Origin: a phage
Strand: one strand, 5' to 3'
Sequence record: PZ445524.1
Length of the DNA stretch: 64,000 bases
The notes beneath the pieces were generated by a model. The model saw only the letters and a program-made list of their open reading frames with translations, had not been told where the DNA came from and did no database searches. The translations under genes and the position numbers were made by a program. Positions 38,975 to 49,394 of this stretch are shown here, piece by piece. Each line of letters begins with the position of its first letter. Positions within the stretch are counted from its first letter, which is position 1.

Positions 38975-39661
38975 TTAAAAATCGTGGGTAGAATCAGCTT
39001 CAAGAGCTACTACATAATTCGCATGTTCACCTTCAAATTTAGCAGCACCTTGTTTACCTTTTGCCCAGAGCAGAAGTTTATAATTTCCTGGTTGCATTTT
39101 CATATTTGCCATATTGATAATGAAATTAAATGTATTTTCACCATCATAATCACCAAGAGTCAAAGAATATTTAACACGGGTCAAAGCAGAATCTTCTACT
39201 TTATTAAAACCGTTAATTACGATTTTACCTTCTTTTACCGTGATAGCAATTGTATCAATTTGCAGACCACGAGATACACGCAACAGTTGTTGAAGGTCTT
39301 CAGCTTTAATTTCAGTAACAACAGATGCTACCGGGAATGGAATTGGTTTATTAGGAGCAACTACTGTACTCGGATCGGCTGCTGGCCAAAAAATTGTTGA
39401 ACGAGCATCAGCAATTTTAATATTTCCATCTTCTGACTGGGAAATTTCTGCATCATCATTAACTAGAGACAGAATACCGAGAAAACCGTTCAAATCGTAA
39501 ATTGCTACATCAAAATCAATAACGTCAGAAATATTTGCTTCCGCATAAGTTGTACCATTAACTGCACGAGTCATAATAAATTGACCTGATTTAAGCATAA
39601 TGCCAGAGTTAATAGTAGCGAAATTTTTAAGCAGAGCAGTAGTATCTTTAGACAGTTTCAT
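38975..39661 (-). CDS. 45: sliding clamp
   Basis: 228 aa, T4 gp45 length and position. Confidence 0.95.
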   Translation of the reverse strand: MKLSKDTTALLKNFATINSGIMLKSGQFIMTRAVNGTTYAEANISDVIDFDVAIYDLNGFLGILSLVNDDAEISQSEDGNIKIADARSTIFWPAADPSTVVAPNKPIPFPVASVVTEIKAEDLQQLLRVSRGLQIDTIAITVKEGKIVINGFNKVEDSALTRVKYSLTLGDYDGENTFNFIINMANMKMQPGNYKLLLWAKGKQGAAKFEGEHANYVVALEADSTHDF

Positions 39662-39716
39662 GTAATTTCCTTCAATTCAAATGAGATTTAATTTTATAAC
39701 TAATTTAATAAAGCAA

Positions 39717-40106
39717 TTAACGATTAAAATCAGCCGCAATTGTTTCCGCAACAATTTGAGCAGCAACAATTAGACGTTCATCTGCGTTACCGCAATAATC
39801 ATCTTCAAGACGTTCACCACATGAAGTCATAATAAATTTAGCACCGGCGTTTAGGGATTCTGTAGTATGTTTGCGCATCAGTTCAATCCATTTATTACTC
39901 ACTTCACAATCGATAGCTTCATAATATGCATGACGAGCAGGTGCAGATTTAATTTTGTTCTGAATAACTTCCATCGCGTTATCAGAAAGAGACAAAACCC
40001 ATGCTCGACGAATTTTATTTTGGTTTTGTGGATTTGATTCAGAACGCACGTGTTTTGGCTGAATATCTTTTACGTCAACAGTATAATTCACAGTAATTTT
40101 AGTCAT
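39717..40106 (-). CDS. rpbA: RNA polymerase-binding protein RpbA
   Basis: 129 aa; between 46 and 45 as in T4. Confidence 0.65.
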   Translation of the reverse strand: MTKITVNYTVDVKDIQPKHVRSESNPQNQNKIRRAWVLSLSDNAMEVIQNKIKSAPARHAYYEAIDCEVSNKWIELMRKHTTESLNAGAKFIMTSCGERLEDDYCGNADERLIVAAQIVAETIAADFNR

Positions 40107-40115
40107 AATACACCT

Positions 40116-40304
40116 TTAGTCATAATAATCAGTAACAGTCCAAGCTTCATTTCTATTGGACATTATTTTTGTATATTCTGCTTTAAATGCATTCCTAAGC
40201 ATAGATTCAGTAACTATATGCTCTTCATTAGAAAAATTATTTCTCAGAATATATCGTTTTATTTCAGGAATAGTTAATAGATGCTGTCCAGTTGAATATT
40301 CCAT
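40116..40304 (-). CDS. hypothetical protein (62 aa)
   Basis: ORF track. Confidence 0.5.
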   Translation of the reverse strand: MEYSTGQHLLTIPEIKRYILRNNFSNEEHIVTESMLRNAFKAEYTKIMSNRNEAWTVTDYYD

Positions 40305-40359
40305 GTTTTTCCTCCATAGAGATTATACTCTAATAAATTAAAGCATAATCTCTTATAAA

Positions 40360-42042
40360 TTAAACCATTACAGTAAATCGACCAACTTTCTTCATTTGAA
40401 GATGCTGACCATATTCTTGCGGGTCATGGTCTTTATGCGAAATTATAAAAACATTAGTGTTTTTCATTGAATTTATAATATTAGCTACACCTTTAATACC
40501 TTCGGCATCAAATGACCCATCAAACACTTCATCGAGTATTAATGTACTAATACTAACACCAGATACAGTAGAAGCAATATCACGCCAAGTAAATAAAAGA
40601 GCAATATCAATTCTTGCTTTTTCACCTTCACTAAATGAAGCATAACTAAAATCTTCGCGACCACGGGATTTAATTGTCTCATTAAATTCTTCATCTAATG
40701 TAAACACATAATCCGCTTCCATTATTTTAAGATAATGGTTAATCTGCTTATTAAATAATGGAATGTACTTTTTAATAATAGCACCTTTAATACCAGAATC
40801 TTTGAGCATATCAGTCAAAATTCCTCGGTGGTATTTTTCCATTACTAAATTAGTTTTTGTCTTAACAATTTTATCAAGTTCTTCTTGAAGCAGTGCTATT
40901 TCATCAGCATGGTCAATAAACTCAGAAGATGCTTTTTCTATAGCCGCTTTAACCTTTTTAGCTTTATCTACTGCTGCGATCAGAGATTGCTTTTTATTGC
41001 GAATATCATTTGCCAACGACTGCTGGGTTTTAATATTATCTCGGTATTCATCAACAAGAACTTTTAAATTATCACGATGTGTTGAAAGCTGTTCAAACGA
41101 ATGCGTACATTCAGAAACTTTATCTTTAATTTTAGAAACAACTTTATCACCGGAACTCAATTGCGACAAACAGGTTGGACATAATCCACCTTCGTGATAC
41201 ATATTAATGACTTTATTATATGAGTCAATTTTTGATTTAATTAAAACTGCTTCTTGACCGATTTTATTAAATGCATCAGTCGGGTCTTCATCTAAAACAA
41301 TATTAACTAATCTTTCATTAGCTTCTTCTATTTCCGATTTTAGCGTTCTAGCTTCTTTTGCCAAATCATCATACATATTTTGCAGACGAGTAAGGTTGTC
41401 ACCCGTTAATTTTTTCTGGCGTTCAACGTTATCATTATATATTTTAATTTGTTGGATAATACTATCTTTTTTAACATCAAGCACTTGGTTTTGTGAATTT
41501 AATTCGCGTATTAGTGCTTTATTAAGCTTATCCATTTCAGCTAATGTTCCTACCTCGAGCAGGTCTTCCACAAGCTTTCTTCGCGCAGGGGTCGACAAAC
41601 CCATGAAAGGGGTATACCCTGCTGTACCAAGGACAACAATCTGCTTGAAACTGGCATATGACATTCCGATAAGCTGTTCAAATTCTGCTTGGAAATCTTT
41701 ACTGCTGGCAGATTCATTAAGACGTGTACCGTTAACGGTGATTTCGAAAACGTTTGGTTTTTGTCCTCTTTTGATATAATACTTTTTCTCATCATATTCC
41801 ATCCACAGTTCAACTAAAAGTTCTTTCTTATTTGTGCTGTTTATTAATTGACCTTTCTTTACATCGCGAAATGGCTTGCCAAAAAGCCCAAATGTGATGG
41901 CTTCTAGCATAGTAGACTTACCACCGCCATTTCGTCCAGTAATAAGAGTTTTTTGAACCTTATCTAATTGAATGTCAACTCCATTTTGACCAACTGACAT
42001 TATATTTTTATATTTTACTCTATTAAGTTTAAAATTCTTCAC
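40360..42042 (-). CDS. 46: recombination nuclease subunit (Rad50/SbcC-like ATPase)
   Basis: 560 aa; Walker A GRNGGGKST, coiled coil, CPTC zinc hook. Confidence 0.95.
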   Translation of the reverse strand: MKNFKLNRVKYKNIMSVGQNGVDIQLDKVQKTLITGRNGGGKSTMLEAITFGLFGKPFRDVKKGQLINSTNKKELLVELWMEYDEKKYYIKRGQKPNVFEITVNGTRLNESASSKDFQAEFEQLIGMSYASFKQIVVLGTAGYTPFMGLSTPARRKLVEDLLEVGTLAEMDKLNKALIRELNSQNQVLDVKKDSIIQQIKIYNDNVERQKKLTGDNLTRLQNMYDDLAKEARTLKSEIEEANERLVNIVLDEDPTDAFNKIGQEAVLIKSKIDSYNKVINMYHEGGLCPTCLSQLSSGDKVVSKIKDKVSECTHSFEQLSTHRDNLKVLVDEYRDNIKTQQSLANDIRNKKQSLIAAVDKAKKVKAAIEKASSEFIDHADEIALLQEELDKIVKTKTNLVMEKYHRGILTDMLKDSGIKGAIIKKYIPLFNKQINHYLKIMEADYVFTLDEEFNETIKSRGREDFSYASFSEGEKARIDIALLFTWRDIASTVSGVSISTLILDEVFDGSFDAEGIKGVANIINSMKNTNVFIISHKDHDPQEYGQHLQMKKVGRFTVMV

Positions 42043-42302
42043 AAAAGATTCCTTTTAATGTATCTTTTAGACCATTCTATCATATCATCATAATCTAAAA
42101 AGTATTCATCAAATTCAGCCATGCAAACAACACCTTGTGCTGTTTTTGATGTAATATAAATTATTCCAACATATCTAGAATCTTCTTCGATATAATCAAT
42201 ATTTGCTATGAATTCATCATTAATGTCAAATGTCGAAAACTTCACAGTATGCATCCTTAATACAAGATACAGCCATATCTTGTAGTGATTTAGGTGTGTC
42301 AT
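42039..42302 (-). CDS. hypothetical protein (87 aa)
   Basis: ORF track; start uncertain (overlaps next ORF). Confidence 0.5.
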   Translation of the reverse strand: MTHLNHYKIWLYLVLRMHTVKFSTFDINDEFIANIDYIEEDSRYVGIIYITSKTAQGVVCMAEFDEYFLDYDDMIEWSKRYIKRNLL

Positions 42303-42489
42303 TATCTAAAATGTTGAAGTTAAAAGATACAGCCCAGTCAGTGCAGACTGTAACCTTTTTAATACAATTATCTTCAACTTCTAGCGGTTCAAACCAGTAT
42401 TCAATAATTTCTTTATGCCCAATATCATCTTTTACTTCGCATTCAAAATGCTGACTCATCATAACATTTTTAAATTCATCAAAAGTCAT
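42226..42489 (-). CDS. hypothetical protein (87 aa)
   Basis: ORF track. Confidence 0.5.
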   Translation of the reverse strand: MTFDEFKNVMMSQHFECEVKDDIGHKEIIEYWFEPLEVEDNCIKKVTVCTDWAVSFNFNILDNDTPKSLQDMAVSCIKDAYCEVFDI

Positions 42490-43505
42490 TGTGTTGCCTC
42501 TACATATAGCTGATTTGCATATTGAATAAGTGCTTCACGGTCAGAATCAGTGATGTCTGGAATTGCATTAATATACTCTTCCATTAATGTCTGAAGCGAT
42601 TGAACTTCAACTTCTTCACTGTCATCTGACTCGACAGAGTTATCAATCTTTGACACAACTCGTAACGAATGCACAACTTTTTCTAGTTCAGATTCGAACT
42701 TCGTCAGATTTTTGTCTACTTCAGTTACTATAACACGTACTGATAGATTTGTAAAATCTTTATAGTCAATTTTTCCTTTAAATGGATAATGAATTCTACG
42801 ATGCCAGGTAGTATTGTTTGGAATAAATTCCATTCGTTCTGTTTCTGTATCAAACATCCAGAACCCACGAGGGTCATTCTCGTCACCTGCAGTTAGTGTC
42901 CATGGTGTCCCAATATATCTGACGTTTGCAGCCTCAGAAATAGTATGGAAGTGACCAGACCACACTTCTTTATAAGTCTTAAGGAAATCAGGTTCAAGAC
43001 CGTGAGATTTCATTCCTTTATAAAAATAAAATCCATTCAGTTCCCAGTGACCAACACAAAAAGAAGCAGATGAAGTTTTGATGTGCTCAAGAATTTCACC
43101 AGTATTTTCTTCGCACATCCAAGGAATCAAATCAATCAAACATCCGTCAAAATCTACTGTAGTAGGCTTATCATATACTTTAACATTAGGATATTTAGCC
43201 AAAAGCTCAGTAGAAGCATTTGGAGTTAAAGTATTTTTAAAGTGCATATCATGGTTTCCTACAACAGTATGCAGGGTAATACCAGCATCATCAAGCATTT
43301 GAACTATTTCACGAGCAAACTCCATAGTTTTATGCGTGATTGCTTTTCGCACATCAAAAATATCGCCGTATTGAATCCAGGTAGTAATTCCATTTTTCTT
43401 AGAATATTCTATCGCTTGCTTAATTCCATCCAACTGAATGGATTGAACCCACTCATCATCGGCTTTAACGCCTAAATGCCAATCACCTAAATTTAAAATT
43501 TTCAT
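42486..43505 (-). CDS. 47: recombination nuclease subunit (Mre11/SbcD-like)
   Basis: 339 aa; phosphoesterase motifs DWHLG, GNHD. Confidence 0.95.
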   Translation of the reverse strand: MKILNLGDWHLGVKADDEWVQSIQLDGIKQAIEYSKKNGITTWIQYGDIFDVRKAITHKTMEFAREIVQMLDDAGITLHTVVGNHDMHFKNTLTPNASTELLAKYPNVKVYDKPTTVDFDGCLIDLIPWMCEENTGEILEHIKTSSASFCVGHWELNGFYFYKGMKSHGLEPDFLKTYKEVWSGHFHTISEAANVRYIGTPWTLTAGDENDPRGFWMFDTETERMEFIPNNTTWHRRIHYPFKGKIDYKDFTNLSVRVIVTEVDKNLTKFESELEKVVHSLRVVSKIDNSVESDDSEEVEVQSLQTLMEEYINAIPDITDSDREALIQYANQLYVEATQ

Positions 43506-43642
43506 ATATCAAGAACCGTCATTGAAATGCAAAATAAAATTATTGAAATAAATCCATCTGGAGTGCTAAAGAACCCAATCCAACATGCTCTAGTGAATAG
43601 ATAAAATGCAAGAAAAAGTATCACATATCCAAGAAATATCAT
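43502..43642 (-). CDS. small membrane protein (46 aa)
   Basis: hand-translated MIFLGYVILFLAFYLFTRACWIGFF...; GGAG SD; ATGA overlap with gene 47 start. Confidence 0.45.
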   Translation of the reverse strand: MIFLGYVILFLAFYLFTRACWIGFFSTPDGFISIILFCISMTVLDI

Positions 43643-43667
43643 TATATCAAACTCCGTATAAAGCTAA

Positions 43668-43681
43668 AGGGCCGAAGCCCT
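43668..43681 (-). promoter_or_regulatory. AGGGC-UUCG-GCCCU hairpin at 3' end of alpha-gt
   Basis: seen in sequence. Confidence 0.55.
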
Positions 43682-44884
43682 TTATTTTGTAATAATGTCA
43701 AACTGTTCTTTAAAGCAGAAGCTTGAATCTTGATGCTGATACAAAAATTCATATGCTTTTTCTCGCTCACGGTCATAAAGAGCTCGGTCAGATGACAGTT
43801 CTTTAATACGTTCAAATGTTGATTCCATGTCATTTTCATCAAACCAAATGATACCGCTATCATGCGAGGTCAAAGGAGTATTATCAACACGGAATTTTAA
43901 ATTTTCGCCAGTAGATTTCCAGAAAACAGGAATTGTACCGCAAGCACCTAATTCAAGATGAGTATATTCGAGTGAGCGTTGTAAGTATTTCTGGTTAAGT
44001 TTACTCAACTGATATCCAAAGCCAGATTTACTCATTCGTTCAAGCATTTCACTATTAATATAACAATCTAGGATTTGTGCCGGTTGATTCGGCGCGAGAT
44101 TCATTTTATCAATCTCACGATTACCGTAATATTCATACGGAATACCTTTTTCCTTAATTGCAATAAAAGCAGGGGAACGTTCAAGACCTTCCATTACAGT
44201 GGATTTACCAGAAGGTTTTAAGAATTTTTCGTGAAAATCAAACATCTGATAAAAACCTTTCCATGTAGTCGTACGACCAATCCAACGGTTGATGTTCATG
44301 TTAATTTCAGAAACATCTTTCCAATAAGTTGACCGAACCTTCGCAATATCCATAGGAGGCTGAAAGTTATATACTGTCGGTGCTTCTTCAATATCATCAA
44401 ACAGAGAAACAGTTTCTGGATACCATTCTTTCATCAGAACTTTATTAAAATCACCATTATCAGAATGGCTAAAAATAACATCAGCTCGACGAACAGTTTC
44501 TTCTAATCCCAAATTTCGACGCAAAGAAAGAACAGAATGATCATGCTGATAAACTACAACACGAATAGAAGGTTTAATATTATCTAAAAGTTTTTTATAG
44601 TTATTAATCGTGGCTTCTTGAACGGAAGTAGCAGGAACAGAATTAATAATTAGAATATCACAATCATTAATCAGTTTAAGTGCTTTATCGTATTCTTTAG
44701 CTAAAATAACTGGAATTGAAAATGATTTGTGGTCATGAGAACTTGTACGAGTAAATGATTTATCTTTAGCATAAACCAAAGTTACTTCATGACCATTTTT
44801 AATAAACCAATCACGTTGCTCGAGTGAGAATTTTGTTACACCACAACCTTCAAGACCCCGAGCCAGAAAAATGCATACTTTCAT
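43682..44884 (-). CDS. agt: DNA alpha-glucosyltransferase
   Basis: 400 aa, T4 alpha-gt length; position between 55 and 47. Confidence 0.9.
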   Translation of the reverse strand: MKVCIFLARGLEGCGVTKFSLEQRDWFIKNGHEVTLVYAKDKSFTRTSSHDHKSFSIPVILAKEYDKALKLINDCDILIINSVPATSVQEATINNYKKLLDNIKPSIRVVVYQHDHSVLSLRRNLGLEETVRRADVIFSHSDNGDFNKVLMKEWYPETVSLFDDIEEAPTVYNFQPPMDIAKVRSTYWKDVSEINMNINRWIGRTTTWKGFYQMFDFHEKFLKPSGKSTVMEGLERSPAFIAIKEKGIPYEYYGNREIDKMNLAPNQPAQILDCYINSEMLERMSKSGFGYQLSKLNQKYLQRSLEYTHLELGACGTIPVFWKSTGENLKFRVDNTPLTSHDSGIIWFDENDMESTFERIKELSSDRALYDREREKAYEFLYQHQDSSFCFKEQFDIITK

Positions 44885-44908
44885 TTAATATCCTCTTTGT
44901 TTTGGTTC

Positions 44909-44932
44909 ATTTTACCAAAAAATTTATAAAGC
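44909..44932 (-). promoter_or_regulatory. MotA-dependent middle promoter for alpha-gt
   Basis: minus strand ATTGCTTTATAA (MotA box) - 11 nt - TAAAAT, about 25 nt upstream of ATG. Confidence 0.55.
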
Positions 44933-45128
44933 AATATAGGAGCCGAAGCTCCTATCCACATAATACGCCATACAGAGGCTCGTTAGAACTTTTAAATTTT
45001 ATGCGCTTATATGTTATAGTTCCTTCTGCTTTAGCTTTATCATGAGACTCTTTAAAGCGTCTCATCATTTCCTCTTTAGAGGAACGAATTTTATTATAAT
45101 CTATTTCAGAAGTCTGGGTGTTCATCTT

Positions 45129-45335
45129 TCACAGTTGCCACCATTTTTTGACTTGATAAGAATCAACCCACACTTTCATATTAGGGTCTGCTCTTACAAT
45201 AGGAGGATTAACTTCTTTAATTGAACTATTACGGTATTCTTTTTCAGAAATTTTCACACAAAGATGACCATTCAAAGATTCAGTAAATCCTGCATTAATT
45301 TTAAGACGCTTGAATTTTACGCGTGTAAGCATCAA
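45129..45335 (-). CDS. hypothetical protein (68 aa)
   Basis: ORF track; start uncertain. Confidence 0.4.
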   Translation of the reverse strand: MMLTRVKFKRLKINAGFTESLNGHLCVKISEKEYRNSSIKEVNPPIVRADPNMKVWVDSYQVKKWWQL

Positions 45336-45618
45336 TCATATCCTCAATCTGCGATCTAGTAGTCTTCCAAAGAATACTAATGAGTTCATCGTTATATGGC
45401 TGTTTTAGAATATCCCGACTTTTCTTGATAGCATATTCGTATTGAGCAAAATTATTATTTTCAGCTGCAATCTGAGCGTGCTTATAAAGACGATTCAGTT
45501 CGCGTTTGTTTTTAGACAATAACTTATTTGCTTTTCTTTCTGCTTCAAGACGGTTCTTTTCTTCAATAGAAGAAATAAGCTTTTCCACTTCATCATTAAT
45601 TTCGGGTTTATCAGTCAT
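45301..45618 (-). CDS. hypothetical protein (105 aa)
   Basis: ORF track. Confidence 0.55.
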   Translation of the reverse strand: MTDKPEINDEVEKLISSIEEKNRLEAERKANKLLSKNKRELNRLYKHAQIAAENNNFAQYEYAIKKSRDILKQPYNDELISILWKTTRSQIEDMIDAYTRKIQAS

Positions 45619-45619
45619 A

Positions 45620-45838
45620 TTATTTCTCTAATATAAAATAAAAATCATCATCTGTTAAATGATACCGATAGTTTAATTCTACACCATTAGATTTAAAAGC
45701 GGTATCATACGGATTTTCTGGATCAATATCAATGTCAAGAGCTAAAACTTCCCTGAGATACATTTTAAGTAAATAGGGAATAGCTTCAACTTCAGGTATT
45801 TCTTCCAAGAATCCGGAGAGGTTAATCGTTAGCCTCAT
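45620..45838 (-). CDS. hypothetical protein (72 aa)
   Basis: ORF track. Confidence 0.5.
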
Positions 45839-46379
45839 ATAAAAAATCCAAACTAGGAGAATCGTCTACAACACTTTTCTTTTCAGCCCCCGGTGTTCTA
45901 TAGGTTGATTCTTCGTAATGCGTCATTTTATCGTAGATGTCTTGAATAAAAGTTTCATCTACTAACGCAACCATATCGTCGTCACGACTGTCATAGACAT
46001 TGTGAACGAAGTAACTATATTTCTTTGCAACTTCCTTACGTTCTTTTTTAATACGTTGGACGAATGCATTAAAACAAGCTTGAGTTATATACGCATGTGG
46101 GTTTTTATATTTCGTTTCATCAAAATTATGAAGCCCCTTAATAGAAGCTTCTATACCATCTGCAATCATTTCTTGTTTCCAAGACTGGGTGTATCCTGAA
46201 AAGTTGAAACGTTTAGATAAGCCTTCTGCAATAAGCATAATGGCTAATCCGATAGTATCATTCTGACGAACTACTTTATTTGGGTCTTTATTATTTGCTA
46301 ATTCTGTTTTCCAATCAATAATAGCTTGTAAAAGCTCTTTATTGTTTACGTAATTATATTTAGGCTTAGTTTCTGACAT
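45822..46379 (-). CDS. 55: late-transcription sigma factor gp55
   Basis: 185 aa from [10 protein letters not shown]; region-2-like sigma motif; T4 gp55 length. Confidence 0.9.
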
Positions 46380-46457
46380 TTTCACCTCTTAGCTCAATTC
46401 ATAGATCTATTATATCATAATATTTGAAGATCTATCTTAAAGCATAGAGGATATCAG

Positions 46458-46727
46458 TTATCTAAGTAAGCAGTATGCTTGGAACACTTTCTCCATCATC
46501 TTTTTAAATTCATGAATATCTATATAATGACTAGTTAAATCAGCATGATATAAAAAGTCTAAAAACTTTTCATGTGTGCTAACATATTCACTTTCATTTA
46601 ATTCAGAAACATGACTTTCCCAATATCCAACACCAGTCTTATTTGGGAAAAATGAAATTTTCATGTATTGGTCAACATAGAAAATGCCATAATTTTCAAT
46701 AGTAATAGAAATATTAATAAATTTCAT
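46458..46727 (-). CDS. hypothetical protein (89 aa)
   Basis: ORF track. Confidence 0.55.
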   Translation of the reverse strand: MKFINISITIENYGIFYVDQYMKISFFPNKTGVGYWESHVSELNESEYVSTHEKFLDFLYHADLTSHYIDIHEFKKMMEKVFQAYCLLR

Positions 46728-46945
46728 ACATTCATCAACTTAGCCGCTTCAAGAGCTGCATCTAGTGAATCAAATTGATCGACATATTCAATCAGTTCGC
46801 CGTAATTAGCATATAACCACCATTGGCTAAATTCATACTCAAGGATGAATCCGTTTCCTTCAATTTGAGTTAAACCAATGCCATTTGTATTTACTTCATA
46901 TCCAGCAAGACGCAAATCGTTAATAAGAGCTTCGTTCATATTCAT
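46724..46945 (-). CDS. hypothetical protein (73 aa)
   Basis: ORF track. Confidence 0.55.
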   Translation of the reverse strand: MNMNEALINDLRLAGYEVNTNGIGLTQIEGNGFILEYEFSQWWLYANYGELIEYVDQFDSLDAALEAAKLMNV

Positions 46946-47268
46946 ACCTTAGTAATTTTCAGGTCTGCAAATTTTTTCTTGCGTTGATTTTTCATGCGAC
47001 GAATAGTTTTATCGGAAATTTCATGCTTTTGATAAGCTTTAGATTCTACACCAAAAGCTTTAACATCAAATTCTGACAAGATATATTGAACCAACAATTC
47101 ACGGACAGTATTGCGTCCAATCTTCTGATCATTCTGTTTCATCGTCTGATGAAGCTCTTTTTCCCATTTATCCAAAATTTGAGGAGTTACAATATCGCCT
47201 TTTTCTAGCAAAGAAACTACTTTATCATATGCGTAAGAATTAATGACGTTTTTAATTTGAATAGTCAT
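46942..47268 (-). CDS. hypothetical protein (108 aa)
   Basis: ORF track. Confidence 0.55.
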   Translation of the reverse strand: MTIQIKNVINSYAYDKVVSLLEKGDIVTPQILDKWEKELHQTMKQNDQKIGRNTVRELLVQYILSEFDVKAFGVESKAYQKHEISDKTIRRMKNQRKKKFADLKITKV

Positions 47269-47303
47269 ACATTATCCTCAATTACGTTAAAATTTTATCA
47301 TCC

Positions 47304-47320
47304 AAAAAGGGCCGAAGCCC
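47304..47320 (-). terminator. GGGC-UUCG-GCCC hairpin + U5 terminator
   Basis: directly after stop of 47321..47521. Confidence 0.6.
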
Positions 47321-47521
47321 TTAGCTAAACTTTTTGGCACCCTTCCAGCCTTCGTACATCATTGCGGCTGATATTAATATTGCTCCTGAGCAACTTGAAT
47401 ATTTGTGGTTCCAAAACCAATTCAGAAAAACTTCGTCATCAATACCTTGGGCTATCATATTTTCAAAGAACTGACGACGAGCTTCGGCAATTCGCTGCGA
47501 TAATTTAGATTCAGGATTCAT
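47321..47521 (-). CDS. hypothetical protein (66 aa)
   Basis: ORF track. Confidence 0.55.
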   Translation of the reverse strand: MNPESKLSQRIAEARRQFFENMIAQGIDDEVFLNWFWNHKYSSCSGAILISAAMMYEGWKGAKKFS

Positions 47522-47653
47522 TTAAATTTCCCAATTACCATTTTCATCAATAAATTTAATCCAGTCATTTACTGACCACTTAGTTGTATCGCCTTTTGGA
47601 GTAACATTTAAAGTATATAGTCCTTGCTTAAAAAGCATTCGTTTGATATTCAT
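47522..47653 (-). CDS. hypothetical protein (43 aa)
   Basis: track ORF 47522..47737 trimmed to internal ATG (MNIKRMLFKQ) to remove overlap with upstream gene. Confidence 0.4.
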   Translation of the reverse strand: MNIKRMLFKQGLYTLNVTPKGDTTKWSVNDWIKFIDENGNWEI

Positions 47654-47660
47654 ATTTTCC

Positions 47661-47954
47661 TCAGCTATAACGATAACACTCGTTTGATTTACGCTTAGCA
47701 ACCCGTTGAGAAGTATTATAATCAAAATCATCGTCAATGTAAACTGATTTTTTCAACTTTCTTACTTCACCGCGTAATTGACGATTTAACTCATCTTTAA
47801 CTTCTGAATCAATGCCTTTCATTCTACGCCATTTATCTGAGCGAAAAATGTTTTCAACCATATCTTTATGACTTACCCCATCAGGAGCTTTACGCTTTCC
47901 GAAATAGTCATAATCACGAACTTTCAAGTCTTTACGACGATACGTTTTACCCAT
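47661..47954 (-). CDS. hypothetical basic protein (97 aa)
   Basis: track ORF trimmed to MGKTYRRKDLK. Confidence 0.5.
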   Translation of the reverse strand: MGKTYRRKDLKVRDYDYFGKRKAPDGVSHKDMVENIFRSDKWRRMKGIDSEVKDELNRQLRGEVRKLKKSVYIDDDFDYNTSQRVAKRKSNECYRYS

Positions 47955-48254
47955 GGAGTTTAATTTCCTTAGCAACTGAACTAAATACAGCACGATCACA
48001 AACCATGCGTTTGTTCCATTTAATCACAGTATAATGAACATCTAGATCATCGACTGCTGTAACAATAACGATATGTCCGTTAACACGATAATACTGATCA
48101 ATTTTAATCTCTTTATCAACCATATCAATTCCTCAAAGGCAATTCATGTGTTAATAATACCACAGTTTGAGCTCGTTGTAAACAACTTTGTGAAAATTAT
48201 TTTAGGGAATGATAAGAAGGGAACGATAGCTTAGAATGGTAATATACAGAATGT

Positions 48255-48277
48255 GAGAAAGAAAGGCCCAGAGGGCC
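48255..48277 (-). terminator. GC hairpin + U-rich tract downstream of nrdH
   Basis: minus strand GGGCC-UCU-GGGCC then UUUCUUUCU. Confidence 0.5.
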
Positions 48278-48281
48278 CGTC

Positions 48282-48590
48282 TTAATCTTCTATGATATCT
48301 CTATCATATCCAAGTGAAATGAGAGTTTCTTTGAAGTGTTTAATGTTCTTTTGTCTAGAATCATTAATGAAAATGACTGGATAACGAATGTTAAGAGATG
48401 TGAATCCAGCGCGTTTAGCAAGAGATACAATCAGTGGACGATCATACTCAATCTTACCATTATTTGTAAGAACTTTATAGAAAGTAAAAGGAGCATTGAG
48501 CTCCTTTAGAAGTTTTGTAACTGATTGACATCCAGGACAACGACCTACTTCATCTGGAATTCCATAGACTTCAATCTTATTTTGTTTCAC
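48282..48590 (-). CDS. nrdH: glutaredoxin-like protein NrdH
   Basis: 102 aa; CPGC redox motif. Confidence 0.85.
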   Translation of the reverse strand: MKQNKIEVYGIPDEVGRCPGCQSVTKLLKELNAPFTFYKVLTNNGKIEYDRPLIVSLAKRAGFTSLNIRYPVIFINDSRQKNIKHFKETLISLGYDRDIIED

Positions 48591-48592
48591 AA

Positions 48593-48805
48593 CTATTCCT
48601 TACTAAGAGCAGCATTCAGCTTGTTAGTAATTTTATCCAGACGCTCATTGAACTCACTAGAAGATAAGCCCTTTTCTGGAGAAATCAAACTAATCACGAA
48701 AAATATAGCAATAAAAGGAATAAGGAAAATAGCTCCAACTGCCATAAACAGAAAGAATGTTACAGTTGTAAGAAAATCAGCTAAACCTTTACGAAATTTA
48801 TACAT
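48593..48805 (-). CDS. small membrane protein (70 aa)
   Basis: ORF track; hydrophobic. Confidence 0.55.
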   Translation of the reverse strand: MYKFRKGLADFLTTVTFFLFMAVGAIFLIPFIAIFFVISLISPEKGLSSSEFNERLDKITNKLNAALSKE

Positions 48806-48923
48806 TTACCTTTACCTTTAATTAATTAACCAAGCATTGATAAGCACTAAACTATACTGGGAATAAAATTCTGGACCAAAATGAAAAATCATATCATTTA
48901 TAGTATCCATAATATAATTCAAT

Positions 48924-49394
48924 TTAATCATGTTTCCACACCCCATCGGTATTTGACCAAAGCCGCTGATTATCTGATCCTCGCCACAGCTTTTTAGTCG
49001 GAAGATTTTTCTCATACTTCCCATCAATAATAACATCAACATATTTAAGCATTTCTAGTTGTTTAATATCTTCAAACTTATATCCAGTCCACAACCAAAT
49101 GCTTTTATTGGGATAAAGATTTTTTACTGTTTGAACAATGCAATGAATAACATCTCGGTTATCAGGATAGAGAGGGTCACCTCCGGTTATAGTCAATCCT
49201 TCTATATAATCATTATTCAAACATTCAATTAATTGTTCTAGTGTTTCACCAGTGAATGGAACGCCATTTCTAGCATTCCATGTTGATTTATTATAACACC
49301 CTTCACATTTATGCAAACAGCCTGTAACGAAAAGAACGGTCCTGCAGCCAGGACCATTAATAAAATCGCAAGGATAAAATCTATCATAATTCAT
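48924..49394 (-). CDS. nrdG: anaerobic ribonucleotide reductase activating protein (radical SAM)
   Basis: 156 aa; CxxxCxxC-type cluster motif GCLHKCEGC. Confidence 0.9.
   Translation of the reverse strand: MNYDRFYPCDFINGPGCRTVLFVTGCLHKCEGCYNKSTWNARNGVPFTGETLEQLIECLNNDYIEGLTITGGDPLYPDNRDVIHCIVQTVKNLYPNKSIWLWTGYKFEDIKQLEMLKYVDVIIDGKYEKNLPTKKLWRGSDNQRLWSNTDGVWKHD

Noticed and set aside
48818-49042. 74-aa ORF overlapping nrdG; also 22966..23169 overlapping 22994..23326
   Set aside because: Both are alternative-frame ORFs almost entirely within stronger, conserved-looking genes.
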